Positions 48,950 through 58,527 of a stretch of 64,000 nt of DNA are shown here, piece after piece. Numbering within the stretch: the stretch's first letter is position 1; the number at the start of each line of letters is the position of its first letter. The stretch is from Candidatus Kaiserbacteria bacterium (GTDB taxonomy: Bacteria; Patescibacteriota; Minisyncoccia; Phycocordibacterales; Phycocordibacteraceae): assembly GCA_026396675.1 (NCBI GenBank), contig JAPLWI010000013.1, positions 1,218 through 65,217 of the forward strand, read 5' to 3'. A model generated the notes under the pieces. The model was not told the origin of the DNA and did not search any database. It was given only the letters and a program-made list of their open reading frames with translations. A program made the translations under genes and the position numbers.

Positions 48950-49022
48950 GCCGAGATAGCTCAGTTGGTAGAGCAGCTCCATGGTAAGGAGCAGGTCGTC
49001 GGTTCAATCCCGACTCTCGGCT
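48950..49022 (+). tRNA. tRNA-Thr (anticodon GGT)
   Basis: GCCGAGA acceptor, anticodon stem GCTCC/GGAGC with loop ATGGTAA, T-loop TTCAATC. Confidence 0.8.
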
Positions 49023-49156
49023 CAGAGAAAAAGGTGTTGAAAAATCGATTGACAAAATAAGTGTTTTTTGCTACTTCTAATCGCAGAACGATTGTTCTTT
49101 GCTGTAATCACAGTTATTGAACTGAACAAAAATACAAACGAGCGAAGGAGGTTAAT

Positions 49157-49834
49157 ATGAAGAAACTTTGGTTAATCTTATTGTTGGTATTTTCTGTCGG
49201 TATTTTCTTTTCGATCACTCACGCTGGCGGGAAGGATCCGCCGAAACAGGCATCACAGAAAGCTACTCCGCAAAAACAGGCACCAAGTGTTGCTCCACAA
49301 AGACAGGCACCGAGACAGGCGCCGAAGGCCGTTCCACAAAGACAGGCACCGAGGCAACAGCAGGCATCAAAAACTCTCCACCAGCAGAGCCACAACCCGG
49401 CACCTCGTTCAGGAGTGAGCTACCACGGGCATGGAGGTGTAAGCCATGGCGAAAGACACGATTTCCGCGGGCACAATTACCATCATTTCTCCGTTCATCA
49501 GCGCGAGATCTGGCACAGTGGAAGTTGGCGTCACGATCACTATCGTGGAATGTACGGATGGTGGTGGGTAGTCGGTGGTATGTGGTACTTTTATCCATCG
49601 CCGATATATCCTTATCCACAGGTAATTCCTGAAGTTGTGTTTGAGGCTCCGCCAGTAGTAGTGGTTGAATCGCCTGTGATGGCTGTACCTATCGAAAGAC
49701 CATTGCTGGTTGTTCAACCACAGCAACAATTCTCTTATTGGTGCGATAATCCAGAAGGGTATGCACCATATGTAGAAAAGTGTAATTCGGAATGGCGCAG
49801 AGTATCGTTGCAAATTGCGTCGCCATCACGATAA
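49157..49834 (+). CDS. Secreted Gln/Pro-rich repeat protein
   Basis: Signal peptide, (Q)APRQAP repeats, His-rich region. Confidence 0.5.
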   Translation: MKKLWLILLLVFSVGIFFSITHAGGKDPPKQASQKATPQKQAPSVAPQRQAPRQAPKAVPQRQAPRQQQASKTLHQQSHNPAPRSGVSYHGHGGVSHGERHDFRGHNYHHFSVHQREIWHSGSWRHDHYRGMYGWWWVVGGMWYFYPSPIYPYPQVIPEVVFEAPPVVVVESPVMAVPIERPLLVVQPQQQFSYWCDNPEGYAPYVEKCNSEWRRVSLQIASPSR

Positions 49835-49863
49835 CAAAAAAAGAAAAAAGGGAGGAAAGTATT

Positions 49864-50316
49864 ATGAAGATCATGAAAGTTTTTGCTCTAATCGCAATAG
49901 TGTCTTTGTTTGTTCTCACAGGGTGTGTCACAGCTCCTATTGGACCACTTTCTATAACTATGCCCGCACCTGGCAAGCCGTTGCAGATGTTTCAGGCGGA
50001 AGATAAGGAATGCCGAGAGTGGGCGCTCCAGCAAATAGGAGGCCAGGATGCGGTTGATGCGGCGAACCAAAGGTCCGCTGGTCACGCAATTGTCGGAACC
50101 CTTATCGGAGTTGCTGTTGGTGCCTTGATCGGCGGAGGAGTTGGCGATGCAGGTGCCGGTGCAGCGATCGGGGCCGGAGCCGGCCTGGCTGGAGGTTCTG
50201 CCTCTGGCGCAAATTCGGCTGCGTATTCAAGTTCGACGCTTCAGCGTTTGTATGATAACGCGTACCTGCAGTGCATGTACTCAAAAGGGAACCAAGTCCC
50301 GGGGCAGCTCCGCTGA
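49864..50316 (+). CDS. Lipoprotein with glycine-zipper domain
   Basis: Lipobox LTGC, GVAVGALIGGGVGDAGAGAAIGAGAGLAGG. Confidence 0.6.
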   Translation: MKIMKVFALIAIVSLFVLTGCVTAPIGPLSITMPAPGKPLQMFQAEDKECREWALQQIGGQDAVDAANQRSAGHAIVGTLIGVAVGALIGGGVGDAGAGAAIGAGAGLAGGSASGANSAAYSSSTLQRLYDNAYLQCMYSKGNQVPGQLR

Positions 50317-50351
50317 TTCAGATGCTCTTTAGTTTTTCGTAAGGCGCTCGA

Positions 50352-50386
50352 AGATGAGCGCCTTATTTTTTTGTGTGAGGTATGAA
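50352..50386 (+). terminator. Rho-independent terminator
   Basis: AAGGCGCTC-GAAGAT-GAGCGCCTT-ATTTTTTTG. Confidence 0.75.
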
Positions 50387-50436
50387 AGATTTCTCATCAC
50401 TATTTTATAGAGGATTTTATGCGCTAAAATATATCT

Positions 50437-50997
50437 ATGCCACCAGAAGAAAATTCTGTTCCTGAACCGGCTCCTGCTCCTGTAGAAGCGACTCCAGCTC
50501 CGGATTCGACAAGCTCACCGCAGGCCGAAACGGATCCCGCCATCGCTGAAGCTATGGCGGGCACGCAACCTGCAACCACAACGGGTCAAATACCACCAAA
50601 TGACCCGTTGCCTCCGGTATCTGACCCGATTCCGTCTGCTCAACCCGCTCCCGAGCCGCCGTCCTCGGCGGCTCCAGCACAAACCGGCATTCTGCACACA
50701 GCCCCCTCCGTCGCTAAAGCTATGGAGGGCACGCGCGATCTGCTCGTGAAAGCCCGCGTAAGTATTCAAGACCGGAAACGAAAGAAGCGAGACAAGATTA
50801 TGGAAGCACTGACGAAGAAAAACCCTACTTCGCTAAAGCTACGAAGGGCAGGCGAAATCACCAACGACGAAGTGGAAAAACTTTTGCATGTCTCTGATGC
50901 AACAGCGGAAAGGTATCTCGCAACACTCGTGAAAGAAGGCAAAATTAAACAAGACAGAAGAACCGGAGCGGGCGTAAGTTATTCAAGAGCGCCCTGA
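50437..50997 (+). CDS. Pro-rich protein with C-terminal winged-helix-like domain
   Basis: Low-complexity PAPE-rich N-terminal half. The C-terminal ~60 aa resembles a DNA-binding wHTH. Confidence 0.4.
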   Translation: MPPEENSVPEPAPAPVEATPAPDSTSSPQAETDPAIAEAMAGTQPATTTGQIPPNDPLPPVSDPIPSAQPAPEPPSSAAPAQTGILHTAPSVAKAMEGTRDLLVKARVSIQDRKRKKRDKIMEALTKKNPTSLKLRRAGEITNDEVEKLLHVSDATAERYLATLVKEGKIKQDRRTGAGVSYSRAP

Positions 50998-51015
50998 GCG
51001 CCCTAGAAAGTTTTT

Positions 51016-51087
51016 GCCCTCGTAAGCTAACGGATAAACTGCCTCGATTCTAGCGAGGACTTGGGAGTTCGAATCTTCCCGAGGGCT
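51016..51087 (+). tRNA. tRNA-Arg (anticodon TCT)
   Basis: Acceptor GCCCTCG/CGAGGGC, anticodon stem CCTCG/CGAGG with loop ATTCTAG, T-loop TTCGAAT. One D-stem mismatch. Confidence 0.6.
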
Positions 51088-51149
51088 GGATTTCTTATGC
51101 AATGGACAAGCTAATCTAGCGGAAAAATAGCCAGAGACCGCTGTGCATT

Positions 51150-51303
51150 GAACGGGTCATTTCCTCCTATATGATCCGTTCCTCGGAGGAAATGACCCGT
51201 TCCCCGAGCCCTGCCGCTCCATTCCTTTTCAAAAAATCCTCCCCCGCCAAAAAAACAAAGCATAGAGAGCGGCAGGGCTCGGGGCCGCGCGTAATCGCGC
51301 GGC
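51150..51303. repeat. Stacked perfect inverted repeats: 18-bp IR with 17-nt loop, 18-bp IR with 47-nt spacer, 8-bp GC hairpin
   Basis: GAACGGGTCATTTCCTCC/GGAGGAAATGACCCGTTC; CCCCGAGCCCTGCCGCTC/GAGCGGCAGGGCTCGGGG; CCGCGCG-TAAT-CGCGCGG. Confidence 0.7.
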
Positions 51304-51442
51304 GAGCGCCGAGTCCGCGAGGCGCGAGAAGGTGTGTTAGTTTGTTGGATTTTGTGTAAAATAGGTTCTAGCGTGCTTTAATAGAGACTCCAGAATCAGT
51401 TATCAACATACGACCAATTTTCAAATAGAAATTGGTCTGCAT

Positions 51443-51910
51443 TTGCAATATCATATATGCATGAACCCGAAAAAACTGCGGACAAAGTGTCTTATGTGCG
51501 GCAAAGAACCTGCCAGAACTGGTTACAAATATTGTAGCAACACATGTCAGCACGAATATCAGTATTATGCTTACATAAAACGCTGGAAAGAAGGCAAAGA
51601 AATTGGCTTAATTAACATTGGAGTAGTGTCTGGGCATGTTAAAAGATATTTGCGAGAAAAATTTGGGAATAGATGTTGTTTGTGTGATTGGTCTAAGATA
51701 AATTCAAAAACGGGGAAGGTGCCACTTGTCGCAGATCATATTGATGGGAACTGGAAGAATAACTCTGAGAAGAATCTTCGTCTTATTTGTCCTAACTGTG
51801 ACTCGCTTACATCGACATATGCTGCTCTGAATAAAGGAAATGGACGAACAGGACGAGCGCTTAGTAGAAGAGTTCTTTCTGCGCGATTATTTAAATCCGG
51901 AAGAATATGA
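51443..51910 (+). CDS. HNH endonuclease with N-terminal zinc ribbon
   Basis: CLMCG...C..C N-terminus; VADHIDGNWKNNSEKNLRLICPNCD HNH motif. Confidence 0.7.
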   Translation: MQYHICMNPKKLRTKCLMCGKEPARTGYKYCSNTCQHEYQYYAYIKRWKEGKEIGLINIGVVSGHVKRYLREKFGNRCCLCDWSKINSKTGKVPLVADHIDGNWKNNSEKNLRLICPNCDSLTSTYAALNKGNGRTGRALSRRVLSARLFKSGRI

Positions 51911-51930
51911 TATGTTTCTCAATATCATTT

Positions 51931-52003
51931 GCCGGGGTAGCTCAGTTGGTAGAGCAATGGTATCGTAAACCATAGGTCGCGAGTCCGAATCTCGCCCCCG
52001 GCT
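51931..52003 (+). tRNA. tRNA-Thr (anticodon CGT)
   Basis: GCCGGGG acceptor, anticodon stem ATGGT/ACCAT with loop ATCGTAA, T-loop TCCGAAT. Followed by a bidirectional terminator hairpin. Confidence 0.8.
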
Positions 52004-52054
52004 CAATAAAAAAGTAAAGGCCGCTGGTGTTTTAATTCCAGCGGCCCATGGCAA

Positions 52055-52492
52055 CTAAGCAAATACTCCTTCGGCCTCACAAACGAGGTCGCGGTGTTTT
52101 TCGAGAAGCCCACGCATTGTCGAGACCTGCATCCGCTTGAAAACCTCGGTTTTCATCGGTTCCCCATTTTCGTCAGCGATTGGAAGTCGTGTATCGAGCT
52201 TTTCTTCCGACACACGGGCTAGGAACAAAAATGGGTGATACTTTCCAAGTGCACATTCTTTTTGTTCCGCAGAGATGAGTTCCATTTCTGCTTCGAGAAT
52301 CTTAATACCTGTTTCCTCTTCCGCTTCCCTAATCGCGGCGGTTGTGGCGTCTTCGTCGCCCGTCTCTATTGATCCTCCCGGAAGCTTCCAAAATGCATCT
52401 TCGAAGGAAGGATCCTTCACTAACAACATTCTGGCCGGAGAAACAATGCATATCATCACCGTCCCCAATTTTGGTCTACCTTTTCCTTTCAT
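52055..52492 (-). CDS. Nudix hydrolase
   Basis: Nudix box GGSIETGDEDATTAAIREAEEETGI. Confidence 0.8.
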   Translation of the reverse strand: MKGKGRPKLGTVMICIVSPARMLLVKDPSFEDAFWKLPGGSIETGDEDATTAAIREAEEETGIKILEAEMELISAEQKECALGKYHPFLFLARVSEEKLDTRLPIADENGEPMKTEVFKRMQVSTMRGLLEKHRDLVCEAEGVFA

Positions 52493-52548
52493 TCCGAACC
52501 TCCCTCATGAATTTATTTTCTGCTTCTATTATACACACTGCTGTTATC

Positions 52549-52579
52549 TTGTCAAGTACAGCACAAAATTTGGTATAAT
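52549..52579 (+). promoter_or_regulatory. Sigma70-like promoter (TTGTCA, extended -10 TGgTATAAT) placed for a leaderless prfB transcript
   Basis: The -10 box ends 6 nt before the ATG at 52586. No Shine-Dalgarno sequence. Confidence 0.45.
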
Positions 52580-52585
52580 CAGCCA

Positions 52586-53455
52586 ATGATAGAGCGGAAA
52601 CAACGAATTGAAGAAATTGAGGCGATGATGGCATCGCCGGATTTTTGGTTGGATAAAGAAAAGGCGCAACAGCTCGTGCAGGAATATCAGATGCTGAAAG
52701 AAGGCGGCGGAGGCGACCCTCATGACTACGGAAATGCAACGCTCGCGATTCTCGCGGGTGCCGGCGGCGACGACGCCGAGGATTTCGCACGCATGCTCCG
52801 TCGGATGTACGAGGGCTACGCAACGCAAAAGGGTTGGCGCACTCACGAACTCCACGCCAACGAAAATGACCAAGGCGGATACCGGAATGTAATGCTTGAA
52901 ATTACTGGTTCAGGTGTTTATGGCCGATTGAAGCACGAAGCGGGAGTGCATCGTCTCGTGCGTCAGTCGCCATTCAACGCGAATGCGAAGCGTCAGACGA
53001 GTTTTGCGCTTGTTGAAGTACTGCCGACTCTCGTTGCGAGCGACAAAGTTGAATTAAAGCCAGATGACATCGAAATACAATTCGCACGGAGCGGCGGCGC
53101 TGGCGGGCAGAATGTGAATAAACGCGAGACAGCGGTGCGCATCCTCCACAAGCCGACCAATCTTTCGGTGCATGTTTCAAGCGAGCGAAGCCAGCAGGCG
53201 AATCGCGAGAAGGCGATGGAACTTTTGAAAGCAAAAATATTTACAAAAGAAGAGGCGGAGCGGGATGCGGCGGCAAAAGGTCGTAGTATCGCCGCAACGA
53301 CCGCGAACGAATGGGGAAGTCAGATCCGTTCGTATGTTCTGCACCCCTACAAAATGGTCAAAGATCACCGCACTAATTTCGAGTCCTCAAATCCCGATAA
53401 AGTCCTCGCCGGCGACCTCGACGATTTCATCGATGCCGCCGCGCAACAACCGTAA
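52586..53455 (+). CDS. prfB: Peptide chain release factor 2 (no programmed frameshift)
   Basis: SPF tripeptide (RQSPFNAN) and GGQ ([10 protein letters not shown]). The ORF is continuous from its ATG. Confidence 0.85.
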   Translation: MIERKQRIEEIEAMMASPDFWLDKEKAQQLVQEYQMLKEGGGGDPHDYGNATLAILAGAGGDDAEDFARMLRRMYEGYATQKGWRTHELHANENDQGGYRNVMLEITGSGVYGRLKHEAGVHRLVRQSPFNANAKRQTSFALVEVLPTLVASDKVELKPDDIEIQFARSGGAGGQNVNKRETAVRILHKPTNLSVHVSSERSQQANREKAMELLKAKIFTKEEAERDAAAKGRSIAATTANEWGSQIRSYVLHPYKMVKDHRTNFESSNPDKVLAGDLDDFIDAAAQQP

Positions 53456-53482
53456 GGTGTCACCTTACGGTTTTTGTTTTTA
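53450..53482 (+). terminator. Rho-independent terminator overlapping the prfB stop
   Basis: CCGTAAGGTG-TC-ACCTTACGG followed by TTTTTGTTTTTA. Confidence 0.7.
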
Positions 53483-53542
53483 TGCCAGTTATCCACTTTC
53501 TGGACTCGCATCGTGTGAGTAAGGTACAATAACACCCGACGC

Positions 53543-54220
53543 ATGATTTATTTTGACCAGGTGACCAAGCGATATGGGAACACCACAGCACTCGAGGGAA
53601 TTACGCTCTCCATCGCCCCCAAAGAATTCGTTACAATCGTTGGCCATTCTGGCGCAGGGAAGACAACACTATTGAAATTACTTCTCGCGGAAGAGTCGCC
53701 CACAGAAGGCAGTGTCTTCTTTCAGTCAATGAATGTGAACGACCTACCGAATTCGGCTCTCCACCATTACCGCCGCAAGATAGGCATGGTCTTTCAGGAT
53801 TTCCGGCTTATTCCGAATAAGACAGCGTATGAGAATATCGCCTTCGCAATGGAGGCCGCTGGCCGTACTGACTCTGAAATCGCGAGCGATGTGCCGCACA
53901 TTCTTGCGCTTGTGAATCTTACCGACAAAGCAGTGCATTTCCCAGACCAACTTTCCGGCGGCGAGAAACAGCGTGTAGCGATTGGACGCGCAATTATCAA
54001 TCAGCCGGAGCTTATTATCGCTGACGAACCGACCGGCAATCTCGATCCGATTAACACATACGAGGTGGTTGAAATTTTGAAAAAAATCAACGAGCTCGGT
54101 ACCACAATCGTTATCGCCACTCACAATAAGGGGGTTGTTGATGCGATTGACAAGCGTGTTATTACCATGGATCGCGGGAAGCTGGTGCGCGATGATGCAG
54201 AAGGTAAGTATGTCCTATGA
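53543..54220 (+). CDS. ftsE: Cell division ATP-binding protein FtsE
   Basis: Walker A GHSGAGKTT, LSGGEKQR signature, Walker B IIADEPTGNLD. Confidence 0.85.
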   Translation: MIYFDQVTKRYGNTTALEGITLSIAPKEFVTIVGHSGAGKTTLLKLLLAEESPTEGSVFFQSMNVNDLPNSALHHYRRKIGMVFQDFRLIPNKTAYENIAFAMEAAGRTDSEIASDVPHILALVNLTDKAVHFPDQLSGGEKQRVAIGRAIINQPELIIADEPTGNLDPINTYEVVEILKKINELGTTIVIATHNKGVVDAIDKRVITMDRGKLVRDDAEGKYVL

Positions 54221-54299
54221 AAACAACGAGCGTAGCGACTATGTTTTCAAGGATGCCGCAATTTCTGCAAGAAATTGCGGCGCCTGATATAATAAAAGT

Positions 54300-55226
54300 A
54301 TGAACTGGATGGAAATAAAACGAATGATAATAGGCGGTATGAAAAATTTTATGCGCGGTGGCGCGGTTTCGGTCGCGACCGTAATTATCATGACCGTAAC
54401 GCTCGCGATTATCGGTTCTTTGATTTTTCTTTCCGCGCTTCTCTCATTCACACTGAACGCTATAAAAGATAAGGTTAATGTATCGGTTTACTTCGTTACC
54501 ACGGCGAGTGAAAGTGATATTTTTTCTGTGAAGGATCAACTTGAGAAATTACCGCAGGTGGAAAACATCACATACACTTCTTCCGACGATGCCCTTGCGA
54601 ACTTCCGTGCACGGCATGCAAGCGATCAACTAACACTTCAGGCACTCGACGAACTTGGCGGCAATCCGCTTGATGCCTCGCTTGAAGTGCGGGCGAAAGA
54701 TCCTTCAGAATATGACAGCATCGTGAGTTTCCTGGAGGCCTCGCCCGCTTTGTCTACCGGTAACTCTTCCATAATTGATCGTATTAATTACACGCAAAAT
54801 AAAGATGTTATTGATCGTCTTTCACTCGCAATAAAAGCGACGCGTGAAGTCGGTTTTGCCGTTGTTATTCTCTTCGCAATCGCATCAATTCTCATCGCGT
54901 TCGCGACGATTCGTCTCGTGATCTACACGGCTAAGGACGAAATTGCCGTTATGCGGCTCGTCGGAGCCAGCAATATCCATATTCAAGGACCGTTTGTTGT
55001 AACTGGTGTTATTACAGGTATCGTCGCGGCTGTTCTCGTATTGCTTCTCCTCTGGCCGGCAACCTGGTATGTAGGAACAAAGACCTCAGAATGGTTCGGC
55101 GGTTTTAATGTGGCGAGTTATTACAGCGGCAACTTCACTTTTATCTTCTGCATACTGATGCTCTCCGGCATCATGCTCGGCGCTGTTGCGTCCGTGCTCG
55201 CAATTCGTAAATATTTGAAGGTTTAA
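54300..55226 (+). CDS. ftsX: Cell division permease FtsX
   Basis: N-terminal TM, large periplasmic domain, three C-terminal TM helices. Follows ftsE. Confidence 0.8.
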   Translation: MNWMEIKRMIIGGMKNFMRGGAVSVATVIIMTVTLAIIGSLIFLSALLSFTLNAIKDKVNVSVYFVTTASESDIFSVKDQLEKLPQVENITYTSSDDALANFRARHASDQLTLQALDELGGNPLDASLEVRAKDPSEYDSIVSFLEASPALSTGNSSIIDRINYTQNKDVIDRLSLAIKATREVGFAVVILFAIASILIAFATIRLVIYTAKDEIAVMRLVGASNIHIQGPFVVTGVITGIVAAVLVLLLLWPATWYVGTKTSEWFGGFNVASYYSGNFTFIFCILMLSGIMLGAVASVLAIRKYLKV

Positions 55227-55227
55227 C

Positions 55228-56889
55228 ATGGCAAAGGAAGGTCACAAATATATATTCGTTTTAGGCGGCGTAATGAGTGGCGTAGGCAAGGGAATCGTGA
55301 GCAGTTCGATGGCTCTTCTCCTCCAACAAAAAGGATATCCGGTTAATCTCGTAAAAATTGATCCGTACCTGAATGTGGATGCCGGCACAATGAATCCGAC
55401 TGAACATGGCGAAGTATTCGTACTCCGAAGTGGGCTGGAGACCGACCAAGATATGGGGAATTACGAACGATTTCTCGGCCGTGACCTTACCAACGATGAC
55501 TATATGACAAGTGGTATGGTGTATCAGTCGGTCATCGCTCGTGAGAGAGCCCTTGAATACGGCGGGAAATGCGTCGAGACCATTCCGCATGTCCGCGATG
55601 AGATTTTAAATAGATTTGAGTCCTCGGCCGCATATAACGGCAGTCGCGTTTCCGTAATAGAAATCGGCGGCACTGTGGGCGATTTTCAAAATGCGCTTTT
55701 CATAGAAGCAGCTCGCGTCATCAAGATGAAATATCCGGAAGATGTGCTATTCGTGATGGTGTCATACCTCCCGGTGCCGGGGACGCTTGGCGAAATGAAG
55801 ACCAAGCCGACGCAATCAGCGGTGCGCGCTTTAAATTCATATGGGGTGCAACCGGATTTCATCGTTGCGCGTTCGACACATAGTATTGATGAAAAAAGAA
55901 AAGAGAAATTGGCGATTTCATGCAGTGTCCGAGCCGACCGAGTGATTTCTGCTCCCGATATCAAGAGCATTTATGAAGTGCCCTTAAATCTTGAGAAGGA
56001 TCATCTCGGGGACATTCTTCTAGAGGCACTTCATTTACCAGAGAAACGCACCACATCACTCTCCGCGTGGAAGAAATTCACGCTTGCGGCTACAAACACA
56101 AAAGCTCCAGAGATATCTATCGCAATCGTCGGCAAATATTTTGACACGGGCGATTTCGTTCTTTCCGATGCGTATCTCTCGGTTATTGAAGCGATTAAAT
56201 TTTCTGCCAGCAAACTCGGAAGAAGGGCAAAAATTACATGGATAAATGCAAAGGAGATTGAAAAGGCAAGTTCTGCTGGGACGGCCGCCATGCTGTCGGG
56301 ATATCAAGGCATCATCGTCCCCGGAGGTTTCGGCGAGACAGGCATTGAAGGAAAAATAAAAGCAATAAAATTCGCGCGCGAAAAGAAAATTCCATATTTT
56401 GGTCTCTGTTACGGAATGCAACTTATGGTGATTGAATACGCGCGCCACGTGCTCGGACTTAAAGACGCGCACACGACAGAAATTAATAAAAAAACAACAG
56501 CGCCTGTTGTTGATGTGATGTTAGAGCAGAAGAAACATCTCGCTGACAATAAATATGGCGGCACGATGCGCCTCGGTGCATATCCCTGCTACTTAAAGAA
56601 GGGCACAATGGCGCGCGCCGCGTATAAAAAAGAATTAGTAGAAGAACGACATCGCCATCGTTACGAAATCAATCCGAAATACATAAAACAGCTTGAAGAC
56701 GCCGGTCTCGTTTTCTCCGGCACATCGCCCGATTCTGTCCTTATGGAGATTGCTGAACTTCCTCGTTCAGTGCATCCGTTTATGCTCGGAACACAATTTC
56801 ATCCGGAGTTCCAAGCGCGTCCGCTCTCGCCGCACCCGCTCTTCACCGAATTTCTCAAAGCCGCCATCGCTCGGAAGAAAAAGAAATAA
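55228..56889 (+). CDS. pyrG: CTP synthase
   Basis: GGVMSGVGKGI, glutamine amidotransferase GLCYGMQL (Cys), HRHRYE. Confidence 0.95.
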   Translation: MAKEGHKYIFVLGGVMSGVGKGIVSSSMALLLQQKGYPVNLVKIDPYLNVDAGTMNPTEHGEVFVLRSGLETDQDMGNYERFLGRDLTNDDYMTSGMVYQSVIARERALEYGGKCVETIPHVRDEILNRFESSAAYNGSRVSVIEIGGTVGDFQNALFIEAARVIKMKYPEDVLFVMVSYLPVPGTLGEMKTKPTQSAVRALNSYGVQPDFIVARSTHSIDEKRKEKLAISCSVRADRVISAPDIKSIYEVPLNLEKDHLGDILLEALHLPEKRTTSLSAWKKFTLAATNTKAPEISIAIVGKYFDTGDFVLSDAYLSVIEAIKFSASKLGRRAKITWINAKEIEKASSAGTAAMLSGYQGIIVPGGFGETGIEGKIKAIKFAREKKIPYFGLCYGMQLMVIEYARHVLGLKDAHTTEINKKTTAPVVDVMLEQKKHLADNKYGGTMRLGAYPCYLKKGTMARAAYKKELVEERHRHRYEINPKYIKQLEDAGLVFSGTSPDSVLMEIAELPRSVHPFMLGTQFHPEFQARPLSPHPLFTEFLKAAIARKKKK

Positions 56890-56890
56890 A

Positions 56891-57697
56891 ATGACCAACA
56901 TTATTGAAGTCAAAAATCTCACCAAGAAATTTGATGATTTTGTCGCTGTAAAAGATGTTTCGTTTTCAGTTGAAGAGGGAAATATTTTCGCATTTCTCGG
57001 CCCGAACGGCGCAGGGAAGTCCACTACGATAAAAATGCTCACAACCCTTCTGCATCCGACATCTGGCTCTCTGAGTATCAACGGTTTTGATCCGATGAAA
57101 GAACCGGACAAAGTCAGGCATTCTTTCGGTATCGTCTTTCAAGACCCGTCGCTTGATGAAGATCTCACTGCACTCGAAAATTTGCAATTGCACGGCGTGC
57201 TTTATCATGTGCCGAAGAATATCCTCAAGAAACGCATTGACGAAATGCTTGCACTCGTTGAACTTTTAGATCGTCGTAATGACTTCGTTCGTGATTTTTC
57301 AGGTGGTATGAAACGCCGTTTGGAAATCGCACGCGGGCTTCTTCATCATCCGAAAATTATGTTCCTCGACGAACCGACCTTGGGTCTAGACCCGCAAACG
57401 CGCAATCATCTCTGGAGTTATGTGCAGAAATTAAATTCCGATGAGGGCATAACAGTTTTCTTCACCACCCATTATATGGAAGAGGCCGACCGCATTGCGA
57501 AGAACATAGCGATTATCGATCATGGAGTCATAATCGCGCAAGGAAGCAGTGAAGAATTGCAGAAGCAGACAAGTACAACGACGCTTGAAGAAGCGTTTTT
57601 AAAACTAACTGGAAGCGCGATTCGCGATGAACTAGGTAGCTCGACCGATCGAATGCGGTCTCATTATCATATGAGACACGGCGGCGGTCGTCGTTAA
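56891..57697 (+). CDS. ABC transporter ATP-binding protein (ABC-2 type)
   Basis: GPNGAGKST, FSGGMKRRLEIA, FLDEPTLGLD. Start at the internal Met (MTNIIEV), 2 nt after the pyrG stop. Confidence 0.85.
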   Translation: MTNIIEVKNLTKKFDDFVAVKDVSFSVEEGNIFAFLGPNGAGKSTTIKMLTTLLHPTSGSLSINGFDPMKEPDKVRHSFGIVFQDPSLDEDLTALENLQLHGVLYHVPKNILKKRIDEMLALVELLDRRNDFVRDFSGGMKRRLEIARGLLHHPKIMFLDEPTLGLDPQTRNHLWSYVQKLNSDEGITVFFTTHYMEEADRIAKNIAIIDHGVIIAQGSSEELQKQTSTTTLEEAFLKLTGSAIRDELGSSTDRMRSHYHMRHGGGRR

Positions 57698-57704
57698 TTT
57701 AATT

Positions 57705-58451
57705 ATGCAAACCATCTACATTATGTGGTTGCGAGAAGTGAAGCGGTTTATCCGCTCCAAGAGCCGCTTGGTCGGTGCGCTTGGTCAGCCGCTTCTTTTC
57801 CTAATTGCACTCGGCTACGGACTCGGACCCGTGTTCGCAAAGGCAGGGCAGGGAAATTATTTGGAATTCATCGCGCCGGGCATTATCGGCATGACGATTA
57901 TTTTCACCGCTATTTTCAACGGCATGCAAGTCATTTGGGATCGGCAATTCGGATTTTTGAAAGAAACAATGGTCGCTCCGGTTTCTCGACTTTCAATTAT
58001 GTTCGGCAGAACGCTTGGCGGCGCGACAGTAGCGGCCACACAGGGCACACTAGTGCTCATTATTGCGATGCTCGCTGGATTCCATCCAATCTCATTAATT
58101 GGCATCATTCCTGCGATTCTAATTATGTTCATTATTGCCCTGCTCTTTAGTGCTCTCGGCATTATGGTCGCTTCGCTTTTGAAAGATATGCAGGGCTTCC
58201 AACTCATTATGAACTTTCTCGTGATGCCGCTTTTCTTTCTATCCGGTGCACTATTTCCGTTGAATACAGTACCGTCCGCTTTGCTTCTTGTTGCGCGTTT
58301 TGACCCGCTCTCGTACGGCGTTGATGCGTTGCGCTATTTCCTCATTGGCGTCGCGACTTTTCCGCTCACTCTCGACATCAGTGTGCTCATCGGCGTGACC
58401 GCAATCTTTCTCGCTCTCGGTTCGTATTTCTTCTCGCGAATTGAAGTTTGA
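57705..58451 (+). CDS. ABC-2 family transporter permease
   Basis: Six TM helices. Follows the ATPase gene. Confidence 0.75.
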   Translation: MQTIYIMWLREVKRFIRSKSRLVGALGQPLLFLIALGYGLGPVFAKAGQGNYLEFIAPGIIGMTIIFTAIFNGMQVIWDRQFGFLKETMVAPVSRLSIMFGRTLGGATVAATQGTLVLIIAMLAGFHPISLIGIIPAILIMFIIALLFSALGIMVASLLKDMQGFQLIMNFLVMPLFFLSGALFPLNTVPSALLLVARFDPLSYGVDALRYFLIGVATFPLTLDISVLIGVTAIFLALGSYFFSRIEV

Positions 58452-58527
58452 GTTTCGACCTAGGAATGTAGGGACTTACGATATCCCTAAATTCAGAATG
58501 CATGTTTGGATATCGTAAGTCCTAAAT

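Noticed and set aside
52586-52700. Programmed +1 frameshift site in prfB
   Set aside because: The ORF is continuous from ATG 52586, and there is no CTT TGA C motif or upstream frame-0 mini-ORF.
56693-56890. N-terminal extension of the ABC ATPase ORF overlapping the pyrG 3' end
   Set aside because: It is an Arg/Ser-rich out-of-frame read of pyrG. The conserved start MTNIIEV sits 2 nt after the pyrG stop.
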